A stretch of DNA of 64,000 nucleotides from Alphaproteobacteria bacterium (GTDB lineage Bacteria; Pseudomonadota; Alphaproteobacteria; Bin95): contig CBDBGH010000001.1 in NCBI GenBank assembly GCA_965205265.1, forward strand, positions 64,001 to 128,000. The letters are read 5' to 3'. Positions 23,153 through 33,717 of the stretch are shown here, in pieces (the stretch's first letter is position 1; every line of letters starts with the position of its first letter). Under the pieces are notes generated by a model. The model saw only the letters and a program-made list of their open reading frames with translations, was not told the DNA's origin and did not search any database. The position numbers were made by a program, and so were the translations under genes.

Positions 23153-23392
23153 TCAGTGCCGCCTTCGGGGTTCGAAGACCTCGTCCAGGGTGCCTGCGCC
23201 GACCAGTGCGTCTAGCCAGCGGTCCACGGTCTCCGCGTCCGCTGAAAGCACCATGTCGGCGCGGGCATCCGGAAAGTCCCCGAACCTCTTTCGGGCCAGA
23301 CGGAGCAGCGTCTCGGCCTTCCCTGTTGCGATGCCTTTGCTCAGCCCGCGCGCCTCGCCCTGTTCGAGCAGCGTCTCCGCTATCGTTCCCAT
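23153..23392 (-). CDS. Rpn/YhgA C-terminal small protein (RpnS-like, DUF4351-like), preceded by decayed Rpn fragments (23400-23840)
   Basis: MGTIAETLLEQGEARG...GKAETLLRL..KRFG; RBS GGAGGG just upstream of the ATG. Confidence 0.7.
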   Translation of the reverse strand: MGTIAETLLEQGEARGLSKGIATGKAETLLRLARKRFGDFPDARADMVLSADAETVDRWLDALVGAGTLDEVFEPRRRH

Positions 23393-23842
23393 GATCCCTC
23401 CATTCCGTTGTGTCCCTGGTTCCGCAGCGCCGCCCTGAGCCCATCAAGGTCGGTGCTGCGGACCCGCACGATGTACTCGATGACCTGCCGCGCGAGGTCC
23501 CCCTCCTCCGGCAGGCTCTATGCGGTCTCCGCGAGGTGGTCCAGCGCGTCGACACGCGGGCGTCCAAGTTGCGGGCCGTACTCCCGAAGCAGCCTCGAGT
23601 GCGCGAGGATTGCCCTTCGCACCACCAGGGGCAGATCCAGAAACTCGGGATGGAAACTGGCCGGATCCTTTCCCGATGGTCACCCCGCCTTCATCCCGAC
23701 GGCGCGGCCTCCCTGAGTGCATCGAGGATGGCCGACCTGACCTCACCCGGATCGCCGCGCTTCATCGTCGCCATCACGAATTCTGTTGTGTCCCTGGTTC
23801 CGCAGCGTCTCCCAGAGCCCGTTCAGGTCGGTGCTCATGTGA

Positions 23843-24190
23843 TCACTGTGTGCGTCCGTGTTCGTGGCCGAAGTCCGACAGTTCCACACGCCCTCCGTCA
23901 GGAAGTTCGGCGATGAGGCGCAGGTCACCACCCATCGCCTCGACAGCCTTCCGGAGGGTGGACACCAATGTGTCGTTGCGTCTCTCAAGGCGCGAGACGC
24001 CCTCCTGTCCGATGCCAAGCTCGGCCGCAAGCTCGACCTGTGTTATGTCCAGTCTCCTGCGGATTTCGCGCAGGGTGCCCAGTTCGGCCCGCAGTTCGTC
24101 AGCCCGGTCCCTGATCATCTGCCGCATCTCCGGGGTCTGTCGTGCCTTCATCTCCTCGAGGCTTACAGCTGTCATCTCGTCTATCTCCAA
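23843..24190 (-). CDS. XRE/HigA-like HTH antitoxin; only a short toxin-like remnant upstream
   Basis: LREIRRRLDITQVELAAELGIGQEGVSRLERRND.LVSTL..VEAMGG.LRL.AE.P; ADDRFD remnant near 24272-24290. Confidence 0.8.
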   Translation of the reverse strand: MEIDEMTAVSLEEMKARQTPEMRQMIRDRADELRAELGTLREIRRRLDITQVELAAELGIGQEGVSRLERRNDTLVSTLRKAVEAMGGDLRLIAELPDGGRVELSDFGHEHGRTQ

Positions 24191-24289
24191 CTCTCTTCAG
24201 TTTTCTCCGCCGCCCCTCCCCGTAGGTGCTCGGACGGTTCATGCGCTGCCGGTCGTTTCATTCAGGAATCGGTCGAACCTGTCGTCGGC

Positions 24290-24476
24290 GGTCCTGCTCC
24301 TCGATGGTGGCGGCAAGAGGCGCATTGAGCGTGAAAATGTCAGTCGCAAGCAATCCCTCAATCGTGGTCTGTGTGCTGAAGTGGTCAGGCACCGCAAACA
24401 GTGCCCGCCTCACCCTCTTCCAGAGTTCGTAATGCTCCCACTCAACAGGATCGGCGGGATGGGGAGCATCAGGCAT
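24290..24476 (-). pseudogene. Truncated 5' fragment of a probable restriction endonuclease
   Basis: ALFAVPDHF...ATDIFTLN..LAATIEEQ directly downstream of the MTase, ending abruptly. Confidence 0.45.
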
Positions 24477-25492
24477 CTGCAAGTCGCTTGGCGGCGGCAT
24501 GATAGAACTCCGGTATGATCTCGGCGCTGCGACATGCGCGGTCTGAATGCCACGAACTCACGAGTGCGGGACAAAGGCCTCCAAACGGTTCCCACACCAT
24601 GTCGCCCGGATCGGTGCAGATCCGGATGGTCCTGTCGACCAGTTCCAGAGGCTTCTGACTACCGTGGAGGCTCTTGAACTTCCAGCGCATGTCGCGGCGG
24701 TCGCCGCTGACCCTTTCGTTACCGCCAACATGAGGACGCCGCCAGACGTTTGTGATTCCGACCGGACAATTGAATTTGGCGCGTTGTCGGGACCATTCGG
24801 ACGCCGTGAATGGTCGTTCTCCATCGCCGCTAAAGTACGGACGGCCTGCCGGATTCCCGTTCGCATTGGCGTAATGGGCCAACGCCTCGAAAGCGCTGGG
24901 TGGAGGGAAATACCAGAGATGATCGGACGTAAGGTATTTCCTGGTCGCTGCATTCGCGACGCCGCAGGCATCGTTCGCCAGGCGGAATGGAAGGCCTGAT
25001 CGCTTCCATTCATGCCTGAGCCAGGCCTGCATCGTCATTCCGCCGAATCTTGGTTGCCGGACATACTGAACGCAGACCTCGGTGGTGACCGGCAGTTTCC
25101 GCAAGGTCTTTGTGTTGGCATTGCCTGCGACATGACCCAATCCCTTGTCCCAGACATGACAGCTTCTGTATTCCCACCCGAACTCCTGAAGTACGGGATG
25201 GACTGTCGCCCATCCGATCTCCGTGTTCCAGAACCACAGAGTGGTTTGCGGCGTGGCCCTTTCGGCCCAGACGCGCACATGCGGAACATACCAATCCGCC
25301 AGTCCGTCAGTGCCGGAAAGGTCTCCTGGGTAGCCACTGACTCCGTAAGGCCCATCGCACACGATGCAGACCGGATCCGGCCATTCGCCGTAGAAGTTCT
25401 CGGCGCGGCCAAAGCAGACCTCGGCACCTCCGCGCCGGAGCCGGTCTCGGTTCCGTCACCTCGCCTGAAATGACCGCCTGCAGTGCTGTCAT
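24469..25492 (-). pseudogene. N4/N6 DNA methyltransferase (beta class), frameshifted near the 5' end
   Basis: DGPYG, H.SQKPL, VWEPFGG. Confidence 0.75.
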
Positions 25493-25625
25493 ATCCTGTC
25501 TCCCCGCGGCTGATGGCTGGCGGCGGAGGGCCAGGCATCAGTCTGATCCTTTCCGGCCCCGCCCTTATCGAACCCGCGCCGCCGCGCCAATATGTCGGCA
25601 TCGCCCATGGTGTACCGGCCTCCTG

Positions 25626-25973
25626 TCACGCGACCACCCTGCCCCGCGTGTGCGCATCCATCGCGTATTCGATCAACGACTGCCGTGCCGCGAATGTCCG
25701 GTCCTGCTCGACCGGCATCCCGCACGGACCGCGCATGGCCGCGATCTGGCTCAGCCGGAAGCCGCCGATCTCCGGGAAGCCATTGCCCAGGTCACAGAGG
25801 CCATAGGCGACGTCTGGGTCATTGGGCGAAAGCCAGGCAAGCAGCCAGGTCCCGGCGGCGTCCGGGGTGTAGAGCTTCACCACCGGCCGCACCTCCCCCG
25901 TAATGTCCCGCCGTGCGAGCGTGAAGCCCGTCTCCCGCAGCCGCGCCCGCTGTTCAGCCGTCATCAACATCAT
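25626..25973 (-). CDS. DUF2958-family protein
   Basis: PVVKLYTPDAAGTWLL, AYGLCDLG.GFPEIG, VEQDRTF. Confidence 0.85.
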   Translation of the reverse strand: MMLMTAEQRARLRETGFTLARRDITGEVRPVVKLYTPDAAGTWLLAWLSPNDPDVAYGLCDLGNGFPEIGGFRLSQIAAMRGPCGMPVEQDRTFAARQSLIEYAMDAHTRGRVVA

Positions 25974-26243
25974 CACTCCCCTTCTCGGCCACCTCTCTTG
26001 CGGCGTTGACTTCCTCAAGCAGCTCGTCCCGCAGCCGCTCCAGCCGTCCGGTGTCGCCATCGATCAACGGCTGGACAAGCACGATCCCCCGCATCCGCGC
26101 CCAGCCCTGCCATGCGGCACGGCAATCGGCGCTGCAATAGATCTGGTTCCGGCGCGCCGGAATGAACGGCCGGTGGCATCGCTGCCATCCGCAGCGCCTC
26201 CCAGTTCCGGCCGGATGATTCGAACCCGCCACGTTCCCTCCAT
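25954..26243 (-). CDS. Small zinc-finger protein (start uncertain)
   Basis: CGWQRC.RPF.P.RRNQIYCS.DCR. Confidence 0.6.
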
Positions 26244-26695
26244 CTTTTCGAGACTAACATATGTCTACCTATTGATCAAGCGTTGCCTAACACAAAACCG
26301 CTACCGGTCGTGGCGCATCCTTCCGTTTCGATCACCTTACCGGCCGGGAAGATGGCCGAAGACCCGAAGTCCGGCCGCATGGAGTTCTGACGTGGAGAGT
26401 CGATATCCGTCGGCATTTCCTCAATGAACGGCAGCGCGGCGAGAACCCTATTTTGTAACCCATGGATTCCGTCCTTAGTATACTTATGGTATCCGAACCA
26501 CAAGATGCTGTCCCCCCCCCCCCTTACTTCACCAAGGCTTCGCGGGAGTTCCGCAGTGGCGTCGAAACCGTTACGGAAGACCTTCGCCATGCCGCCTGAA
26601 GGACGTGAGGCGCCAACCGTCCGGAAGGTCCGATAGACCCGACGCCCATGCCCATTCAGCCAGGGTGGACACCGACCCACCCGGATAGCCCTCCG

Positions 26696-26723
26696 GGTTA
26701 ACCGTGGTTAACCACGGTTAACC
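26696..26723. other. parS-like perfect palindrome 1
   Basis: GGTTAACCGTGGTTAACCACGGTTAACC just downstream of parB. Confidence 0.8.
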
Positions 26724-26749
26724 GCGGGGCGCGTGGCACTCCAGTCAAT

Positions 26750-27811
26750 CTAGCCACCCTCTCCACCGATCACCCGGTCGAACGCCCTGACTGCCCGCTC
26801 CAGTCTTTCCCTGTCAACGGATGAATAGTCTCCTTTCGACCGTATCCTGCATTCCCCTCCCTTTGCCGTCACCTTGAGGTCCCCGACATGAATCTCGACC
26901 TTCGCGGCCCGCTCCCTGTCCGAACCGGCGTCCGCCCGCTCCCCTGCCCTGCCGGCCGCGAAAGCCACCAGAACCGCGGTCTGTCCCTTCGGGTCGGCAC
27001 AGGCCCGAAGGCTCTCGCAAAGCGCGACGGCGTCGCCGCCCCGTTCACGGATCATGCGCACGACATCCAGTCCGAGGTTGCGCGGCACCTCCTTCGGGAA
27101 CCGAAGGCTGTCCCCCAGACTCACCAAGAGATGGACAAAGCTCCGTATATGGGAGCGCTTGACCTTGTGAAGCGACGCGTAGAGCCGATTGACCATCGAC
27201 TCCGGGTCATCCCCTTCGACCGACCTGTCGCCGGCGGCAAGGATCGCGACCTGCGCCATCTCCGCATAGGTCAGGTCCTCCCGGATGACGTTCTCCTCAA
27301 CCATGTCGATGTAGAGGTCGATCCTACCATCATCCCCCGCGGCGATCCTCGCCACCACCTCCGAGAACGCCCCGTCGCCCGTTTCCGCATACAGCTGCCG
27401 CAGCGCGGTCAGGCGCCGCCAGCCCTTCTTGAGCTGGAAGACACCCTCCGACTCCCGGAACACCTCGATCGGTTCCTTCTGGCCCCGCGCCCTGATCGAG
27501 CTCTTCAGCTCCTCCATCTCGTCGGAGACGGCCACGGCGTCGATGTCCAACCGGTCTCGCGGAAGCCCATCGGTGCGGATCTGCGTCAACGGCAGCCTGA
27601 CAAGCAGCCTGCCCCCTTCCTCGGCCTCGCGGTAGCGCTCGGCGTCACGGAGGTTCCGCCGCCGCCGTTCCGTCAGTTTCTCCGAACTCTCCCGGAGGTT
27701 CCCGGCCACGTCCACGATCGCGGCGCCCATCGGCCCCGCCCGCCGCTTCGCAGCCTCCTCGACATCCGCCTCGCGGATGGACGCCAGTCCGAAATCAAGC
27801 TTCTTGGACAT
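26750..27811 (-). CDS. parB: ParB/RepB partition protein
   Basis: RDRL, LKSSIRARGQKEPIEV, GWRRL.AL, ENVIREDL. Confidence 0.9.
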   Translation of the reverse strand: MSKKLDFGLASIREADVEEAAKRRAGPMGAAIVDVAGNLRESSEKLTERRRRNLRDAERYREAEEGGRLLVRLPLTQIRTDGLPRDRLDIDAVAVSDEMEELKSSIRARGQKEPIEVFRESEGVFQLKKGWRRLTALRQLYAETGDGAFSEVVARIAAGDDGRIDLYIDMVEENVIREDLTYAEMAQVAILAAGDRSVEGDDPESMVNRLYASLHKVKRSHIRSFVHLLVSLGDSLRFPKEVPRNLGLDVVRMIRERGGDAVALCESLRACADPKGQTAVLVAFAAGRAGERADAGSDRERAAKVEIHVGDLKVTAKGGECRIRSKGDYSSVDRERLERAVRAFDRVIGGEGG

Positions 27812-27835
27812 CAGTCCCTCCCTTTCCGTATCACC

Positions 27836-27863
27836 GGTTAACCGTGGTTAACCACGGTTAACC
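27836..27863. other. parS-like perfect palindrome 2
   Basis: Identical 28-mer between parA and parB, overlapping the parA stop. Confidence 0.8.
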
Positions 27864-29201
27864 CACCGTCGCCTCAACGTCGGGCGGCGTGTCGGCCACC
27901 GGCCGCTCCCGACTTTCCCAGGCATTGAGGACTGTCTCCAGGAACTCGCCGTATGCGGCGTCGAAGGACCGCCGCGCCCGCCGCCAGGTCTCCCGGGTGA
28001 GCTGCCGGTAGTCCTGCTCGTAGATCGAATTGTGGAACCTTCCCGACTGTTCAACCGCCCGCGTCTGCTCGATGACGTTCCTGCAGACCACGCCATCGCC
28101 GAAGACGTTGATGAAGGCGGCCCGCATGGCCCGGTGAAGGGCGTTGTTGTGATCGAACCGGGTCATCAGCAGCCGGATCTCGAAGAACCGCTTGTGGACC
28201 GGGAAATCGACCAGCCCGGCCAGCCCGCCGAAGCCCTCCTTCAGCGACCCCAGCGCATCGCCGAGCTGTCCCAGATAGCTGGTGGTGCTGTCATACTCCC
28301 ACCAACCCGGCCCGGTCGGAATGTACAGGACATCCGCCGCGTAGACGGCGTTCAAAGACTGGTAGCCGATGGCCGGCGGGCAATCGAATATCACGAAGTC
28401 ATACTGGTCGTCCGGCAGTTCATCCAGATACCGCGCGACGCATCCGAAGAACGTCCAGGCGCCGTGCAGCGCCCGGTACTGGGCGGTCGCGAACTCCACG
28501 AAAGCGGCGTTGGCGCAGCTGGGAATGATGTCGATCGTCGGCCAGCAGGATTTCTCGATGAAATCCTGTACCCGCATCGCGCCACATTCCTGGACCTCGT
28601 GCGGAAGTTCCTCGGGAGCGGGGTAGGGGCAGTCACCCGGGCCGTCATAGAGCGCCTGCACGCGCCCAGCCTCCCGGTAGAGGTCGCGGCCCAGAATCCC
28701 CCAGACCGTGTTCTCCTCGTTGACCTCCACCAGACCCATCGAATGCGTGAGTGTCGCCTGGGGGTCGAAGTCAACGACAAGGACGCGGTAGCCGTCGAGC
28801 GCCGCCGCGTGCGCGAAGTGGTGGGCGACCACGGTCTTTCCCACCCCGCCCTTGAAGTTCGAGACACCGATCCGCATGGCCCGCCCGGGCGGGCGCTTCG
28901 GCAGCTTCCTGTCCCCGCGGTACCGTATCCTCCGGCGCAGGTCGTTGATCTCCTCAAGCGTGAACCAGCGCTGACCGCCGTCCCCCTCCGCCTCGCCCTG
29001 TGGAAGGCCGGGGTCTGCGGCCAGTTTCTTCCGAAGCGTGTTGGGCTTCATGTCGAGGATGAACTCGGACACCTCCCAGGTCGAGAACCGCCGCAGGTCC
29101 TTCGTTTCCGCCGGGGAGAACGTCTCCCTCCTGACCGCCTTCTGCTGCGCCGCGCTCCGCGCGTGCAGTCTCAGAAGATCCGTGTAGTCCTGCATTTCCA
29201 T
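27858..29201 (-). CDS. parA: ParA/RepA-type partition ATPase with an N-terminal HTH
   Basis: NFKGGVGKT, DFDPQATL, DCPP. Confidence 0.92.
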   Translation of the reverse strand: MEMQDYTDLLRLHARSAAQQKAVRRETFSPAETKDLRRFSTWEVSEFILDMKPNTLRKKLAADPGLPQGEAEGDGGQRWFTLEEINDLRRRIRYRGDRKLPKRPPGRAMRIGVSNFKGGVGKTVVAHHFAHAAALDGYRVLVVDFDPQATLTHSMGLVEVNEENTVWGILGRDLYREAGRVQALYDGPGDCPYPAPEELPHEVQECGAMRVQDFIEKSCWPTIDIIPSCANAAFVEFATAQYRALHGAWTFFGCVARYLDELPDDQYDFVIFDCPPAIGYQSLNAVYAADVLYIPTGPGWWEYDSTTSYLGQLGDALGSLKEGFGGLAGLVDFPVHKRFFEIRLLMTRFDHNNALHRAMRAAFINVFGDGVVCRNVIEQTRAVEQSGRFHNSIYEQDYRQLTRETWRRARRSFDAAYGEFLETVLNAWESRERPVADTPPDVEATVG

Positions 29202-29321
29202 TTTCCCGTCTATCGCGCTTTGGCAGTAGAATATCGTGATTTGTGGGCATTGCAAATAGCTGAATGCAGAAAAGGTGATATTTGGCATGTTTCATCATCG
29301 ATTCAGGTGCTTGCACTGTAT

Positions 29322-29402
29322 TTGGGTGACACCTGATCATCAACCTGCATCATATTGGGTGACACCACCGACCTGATTGGGTGACATAATGCACGTCACC
29401 CT
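29322..29402. repeat. GGGTGACA repeats in the AT-rich parA-rep intergenic region (candidate origin or operator)
   Basis: ttgggtgaca near 29322, 29355 and 29377, plus inverted gtcaccc near 29395. Confidence 0.6.
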
Positions 29403-29547
29403 TCACCAAGATTCACCTGATTTCAAAAAGATTTCGGAAAAAGAACATCCCGCATTTTCGGATCGCTTGACAAAGATCGGGATTTCGTCCTTTCTATCAA
29501 AAAAGATCGAATCAATGTAATTGATTGGGGACGAGGCAGTAGAGGAA

Positions 29548-30252
29548 ATGGCCCACACAGACATCCAGCGGCGGTTCACCGGCCTCAACGCCGGGGTTCG
29601 GAAATACGACATGCTCACGGCCATGGCGCTGGTCGGTCTGGCGGGTCCGCCGGTCCTTCACACCTCCATGCTGCGCCTGATCGCCATCGTGACGGCGCGG
29701 TACAACTGGTCGCTCGACGAGCTTACGATGGGCCAGCGGGAGATGGCGAGGATATGGCAGGTCTGCATGCGGACCGCCAAGAGGGAGGTAAAGCGAATGA
29801 CCGCCGCGTCGATACTTGTCCCGATCCGTCCCGGCGTCCGTGGCCGTGTCGCCGCCTATCGCCTCAACCACGACGAGATCCGCCGCCTGAGCAGACCGGT
29901 CTGGAACTGCATCGGCCCGGATTTCACATCGCGCATGGCCGGGGTGGCCGAAACGCCGGTGCCATCCTCCGCCACCGTTGTTCCGCTCCATCCGGAGCAG
30001 TTCGGGCTTCCGGAGGAGGACGGCAGCGGCTGGCGGACGGCGGCCGTCCGTCTGCGGGAAGACGATCCCGCGGTTTACAGGTCGTGGTTCGCTCCCCTGC
30101 GGTCTCTGGGCCTGGCGGACGGTGTCCTCGTCCTTGAGGCGCCGACAAGGTTCCACGCGAGCTATGTCCAGACCCATCACAGCCCCAGGCTGCTGGCCGC
30201 GCTGCTGTCCTGCGGCGCGCCGGTCCGGGACGTGAAGGTGACGGCCCCGTGA
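29548..30252 (+). CDS. DnaA-like plasmid replication initiator (Rhodobacterales type)
   Basis: KYDMLTAM, ARYNW, QREMARIW, RGRVAAYRL; C-terminal DnaA_N-like YRSWFAPL...APTRFHASYV; divergent from parAB. Confidence 0.8.
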   Translation: MAHTDIQRRFTGLNAGVRKYDMLTAMALVGLAGPPVLHTSMLRLIAIVTARYNWSLDELTMGQREMARIWQVCMRTAKREVKRMTAASILVPIRPGVRGRVAAYRLNHDEIRRLSRPVWNCIGPDFTSRMAGVAETPVPSSATVVPLHPEQFGLPEEDGSGWRTAAVRLREDDPAVYRSWFAPLRSLGLADGVLVLEAPTRFHASYVQTHHSPRLLAALLSCGAPVRDVKVTAP

Positions 30253-30298
30253 CCGGCGGGCACCGTGGCGCGGGCGGAAGGGCAGGGGGGATCATCCG

Positions 30299-31777
30299 GT
30301 GAGCAACGTCACGGCGATCAGGGCGACCGGGGAGGCGGTCACGCAGCCGAGCAACATCGAGGCCGAACAGCAGCTGCTCGGCGCGATCCTGACGAACAAC
30401 GAGGCCTACGACCGCGTCAGCAACATCATCGAGGCGCACCATTTCCACGATCCGGTCCATGCCAGGATATTCGAGGCCGCGGAGTCGCGGATCAGGAGGA
30501 ACATGCTGGCCTCCCCCGTCACGCTCAAGCCGTTCCTCGAGGATGACGAGGGGCTGAGGGAGCTTGGGGGTCCGCGGTATCTGGCGCGTCTGGCGGCTTC
30601 GGCCATATCGAGCCTGGCCGCCAGGGACTATGCCCAGGTGATCTACGACCTCGCGATCCGCCGCGACCTGATCCGCCTCGGCATGGAGATCACGACCCGC
30701 GCGGCCGGGCCCGGGCAGGCCGGGCCGGGCGAACAGATCGCCGAGGCCGAGCAGGAACTGTATGACCTCGGCGAACGTGGCCGGGCCGGAACCGGCTTCG
30801 AGACCTTCTGCAGCGCCGCGACGGACGCGGTCCACCAAGCCACCGCGGCGCTGCAGCGGGGCGGCGGGATGGCGGGTCTCGCTACGGGCCTTGTCGACCT
30901 TGACCGAATGCTGGGAGGGCTGCACCGCACTGATCTCCTGGTCCTTGCGGGCCGCCCGTCCATGGGGAAGACGGCGCTGGCCACGAACATCGCGTTCAAC
31001 ATCGCGAAGCGCTACCGGCGCGGAACCCTTCCGGACGGATCCGTCGGTGCGCTGGAGGGAGGGGTCGTTGGCGTGTTCAGCCTCGAGATGAGCGCGGAGC
31101 AGCTGGCGTCACGGATCCTTGCGGGGGCGGCGGAGGTGGAGGGCGACAGGATCAGGCGGGGCGAGCTGGGCGAGGATGAGCTGCGGCGGTTCTACGGGGC
31201 GGCGAAGACGCTGGAGGCCTGTCCGCTGCACATCGACGACACACCCGCGCTTCCCATAAGCCAGATCGCAGCCCGGGCACGTCGGCTGAAGCGGACCCAT
31301 GGGCTGGATCTGCTGGTCGTCGACTACCTCCAGCTCGCCCGTGCGGGTACGGCGAGGGACAGCCGGGTCCACGAGGTGACGGAGATCACCCAGGGGCTGA
31401 AGGCGATGGCCAAGGAGCTGGAGATCCCCGTCCTGGCGCTGTCCCAGCTCTCCAGGCAGGTGGAGCAGCGCCCCGACAGACGCCCCCAGCTGTCGGACCT
31501 GCGGGAGTCGGGGTCCATCGAGCAGGACGCCGATGTCGTGATGTTCGTCTACAGGGAGGCCTACTACAGGGAGCGGGAGAAGCCCTCGGACAGCGACGGG
31601 GAGGCCATGGCGGAATGGCTGGCGGACATGAACCGGCTCAGCTACCGGGCCGAGCTGATCGTCGGCAAGCAGCGCCACGGTCCGATCGGCACGGTCGAAC
31701 TGGGTTTCGAACCGGCGTTCACGCGTTTCGGAAACGCGGAGCTGACGCGTCGGACCGACAGCGGTTACGGGGCCTGA
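30299..31777 (+). CDS. dnaB: Replicative DNA helicase DnaB
   Basis: NIEAEQQLLGAIL, AGRPSMGKT, SLEMS, VVDYLQL, LSQLSR, SDLRESGSIEQDAD, KQRHGPIG. Confidence 0.95.
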   Translation: MSNVTAIRATGEAVTQPSNIEAEQQLLGAILTNNEAYDRVSNIIEAHHFHDPVHARIFEAAESRIRRNMLASPVTLKPFLEDDEGLRELGGPRYLARLAASAISSLAARDYAQVIYDLAIRRDLIRLGMEITTRAAGPGQAGPGEQIAEAEQELYDLGERGRAGTGFETFCSAATDAVHQATAALQRGGGMAGLATGLVDLDRMLGGLHRTDLLVLAGRPSMGKTALATNIAFNIAKRYRRGTLPDGSVGALEGGVVGVFSLEMSAEQLASRILAGAAEVEGDRIRRGELGEDELRRFYGAAKTLEACPLHIDDTPALPISQIAARARRLKRTHGLDLLVVDYLQLARAGTARDSRVHEVTEITQGLKAMAKELEIPVLALSQLSRQVEQRPDRRPQLSDLRESGSIEQDADVVMFVYREAYYREREKPSDSDGEAMAEWLADMNRLSYRAELIVGKQRHGPIGTVELGFEPAFTRFGNAELTRRTDSGYGA

Positions 31778-31892
31778 ACCGATGACCGACCGGGGCGCTG
31801 GCGACAGTGATTGACATGGAAGGAGCGATATCCATGAAAGACCGACGCCCGACCCCGGAAACCGGGTCGTTCCGCCATATGGGCCGGTTGTG

Positions 31893-32994
31893 ATGGCGCT
31901 GCATGCTGTCGAACTGTGTGCGGGTGCAAGCGGACTGTCTCCCGAGACTCGAATGCGCGGGATTCAGGCCGGTTGCCCTGGTCGACAACGACAGTCACGC
32001 CTGTGCGACCCTGCGCCTCAACAGACCGACGTGGAACATGATCGAGGCTGACCTCAGGTCGATCGACCTCTCACCTTGAAGGGACGTCGATCTGCTCTCG
32101 GGCGGTCTGCCCTGTCCACCGTTTTCGGTGGCAGGTCAACAGCACGGCGCGGATGACGAGCGCGACCTCTTTCCCCGGATGCTTGATATCGTGCGGCAGG
32201 TGAGACCACGCGCCGTTCTGGTCGAGAATGTCCGTGGCCTGCTGCATTCGGAGTTCGAGGAAGTCCGCCGCAGGGTCGCCGACGATCTTCTTGCCCAGGG
32301 ATTCCGCACGTATTGGGCGATGCTGAAAGCCGCGGATTACGCCACCCCACAGAACCGCTACCGGGTGTTTCTGATCGGGCTCCGGCACGATGTTCAGGGC
32401 GAACTGGTCTGGCCGTTCCCGAGTGACGGCGCACGTGTCACGGTCGGGAATTCGGTCGGTGATCTGATGGGCGCGAATGGGTGGAAGGGAACCAATGACT
32501 GGATCCGGACCGCAGGTCGGGTAGCGCCTACCATAGTCGGTGGCTCGAAGAAGCATGGTGGCCCTGACCCTGGACCTACCCGGGCCCGTCGCGAGTGGGC
32601 TGGGCTGGGGGTGGACGGTCCGGGAATCGCGGATGAAGCACCGGCGCCGGACTTTGAGGGGATGCCGATGCTGACGGCACGGATGGTCGCGCGCGTTCAG
32701 GGTTTTCCCGATGTGTGGAGGTTCTTCGGCGGGAAGACCCAGCAATGCCGGCAGATCGGAAATGCGCTTCCACCCCCACTCGCCGCCGCGGTGGCAGGAT
32801 CGATAGCGGTATGCCTTCGTTGGCGGGTCGGGCCGGAATCGCGGATTTCCTCCGCAGAAACGTCGGTGTGGTGGTCACCACCGAGCGGATATACGAGGCG
32901 AGTGGACGGCAGGGGCAGTATGGGCGGCGGCTACGGGAGCTGCGCAACCTGTTCGGATGGAAGATCAGCAGCCACAACGACCGTGCCGACCTGA
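31893..32994 (+). pseudogene. DNA (cytosine-5) methyltransferase, NaeI/NgoMIV-like TRD; frameshift near 31943 and in-frame TGA at 32077-32079
   Basis: VELCAGASG, GGLPCPPFS, ENV, VGGSKKHGGPD.GPTRA, QIGNALPP. Confidence 0.85.
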
Positions 32995-33377
32995 AGCCAG
33001 GTGAGTATGTTCTCGAGGAACCGCCGCCGGAGAAACACACCTACAGATTTGGAAAGGGTATATCCAGCCGCCTTCGGGCACAGGTCCTGGAGCGCAATGG
33101 CTACACGTGCCGGATGTGCGGGGCAGGGGTTGGCGACACAATGGTCGACGGCCGCAGGGTGCGGCTTCACATCGGACATATCACGGACAGAAGCCATGGT
33201 GGTTCCGACACCCTCGGCAACCTGCGTGTTCCCTGCAGTGAATGCAATCAGGGCGCGAAGAATCTCGTTCAGGAGCCTCCCTCGTGCGTCTGGTTGATGA
33301 GTCAGGTTCGAAGGGCCAGGGAAGATGACCAACGCGCTGTACTGGACTGGCTGGCGCGCAGGATCGGGTCCATTTGA
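32811..33377 (+). CDS. HNH endonuclease, probable cognate REase, possibly inactivated
   Basis: RRLRELR, C..CG, LHIGHI (usually DH), GG...NLRVPCSECNQG. Confidence 0.8.
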   Translation: MPSLAGRAGIADFLRRNVGVVVTTERIYEASGRQGQYGRRLRELRNLFGWKISSHNDRADLKPGEYVLEEPPPEKHTYRFGKGISSRLRAQVLERNGYTCRMCGAGVGDTMVDGRRVRLHIGHITDRSHGGSDTLGNLRVPCSECNQGAKNLVQEPPSCVWLMSQVRRAREDDQRAVLDWLARRIGSI

Positions 33378-33717
33378 GTGGACTGATGGACGTTCGCCGC
33401 GAAACGCTGAACCTGTCCATTCAGGGACCGGTGTCTCCATCCGTTGCCGCTTACCGCCGTAAAGCCCCGTTCTTCGGGGCGGGGATATGAGGCGCAGGCA
33501 CCTTGGCGCTTCCCTGGCATCGACGGATGCCTGCGCAGGGAATCCCTGGACATTTCACTGCCCGGCCTTTGCCTGTTTGGCCGCAGTGAAGCCAATCCAG
33601 CGTGAAAAGTCCACGAAACGGAATTCGCGACGCCCGCGCAACAGACTGATAATGAACGAAAGGAATTTCTGGCGGGAATTGCTGCGACACCCTCGGCAAT
33701 CTGCGTGTTCTCTGCAG

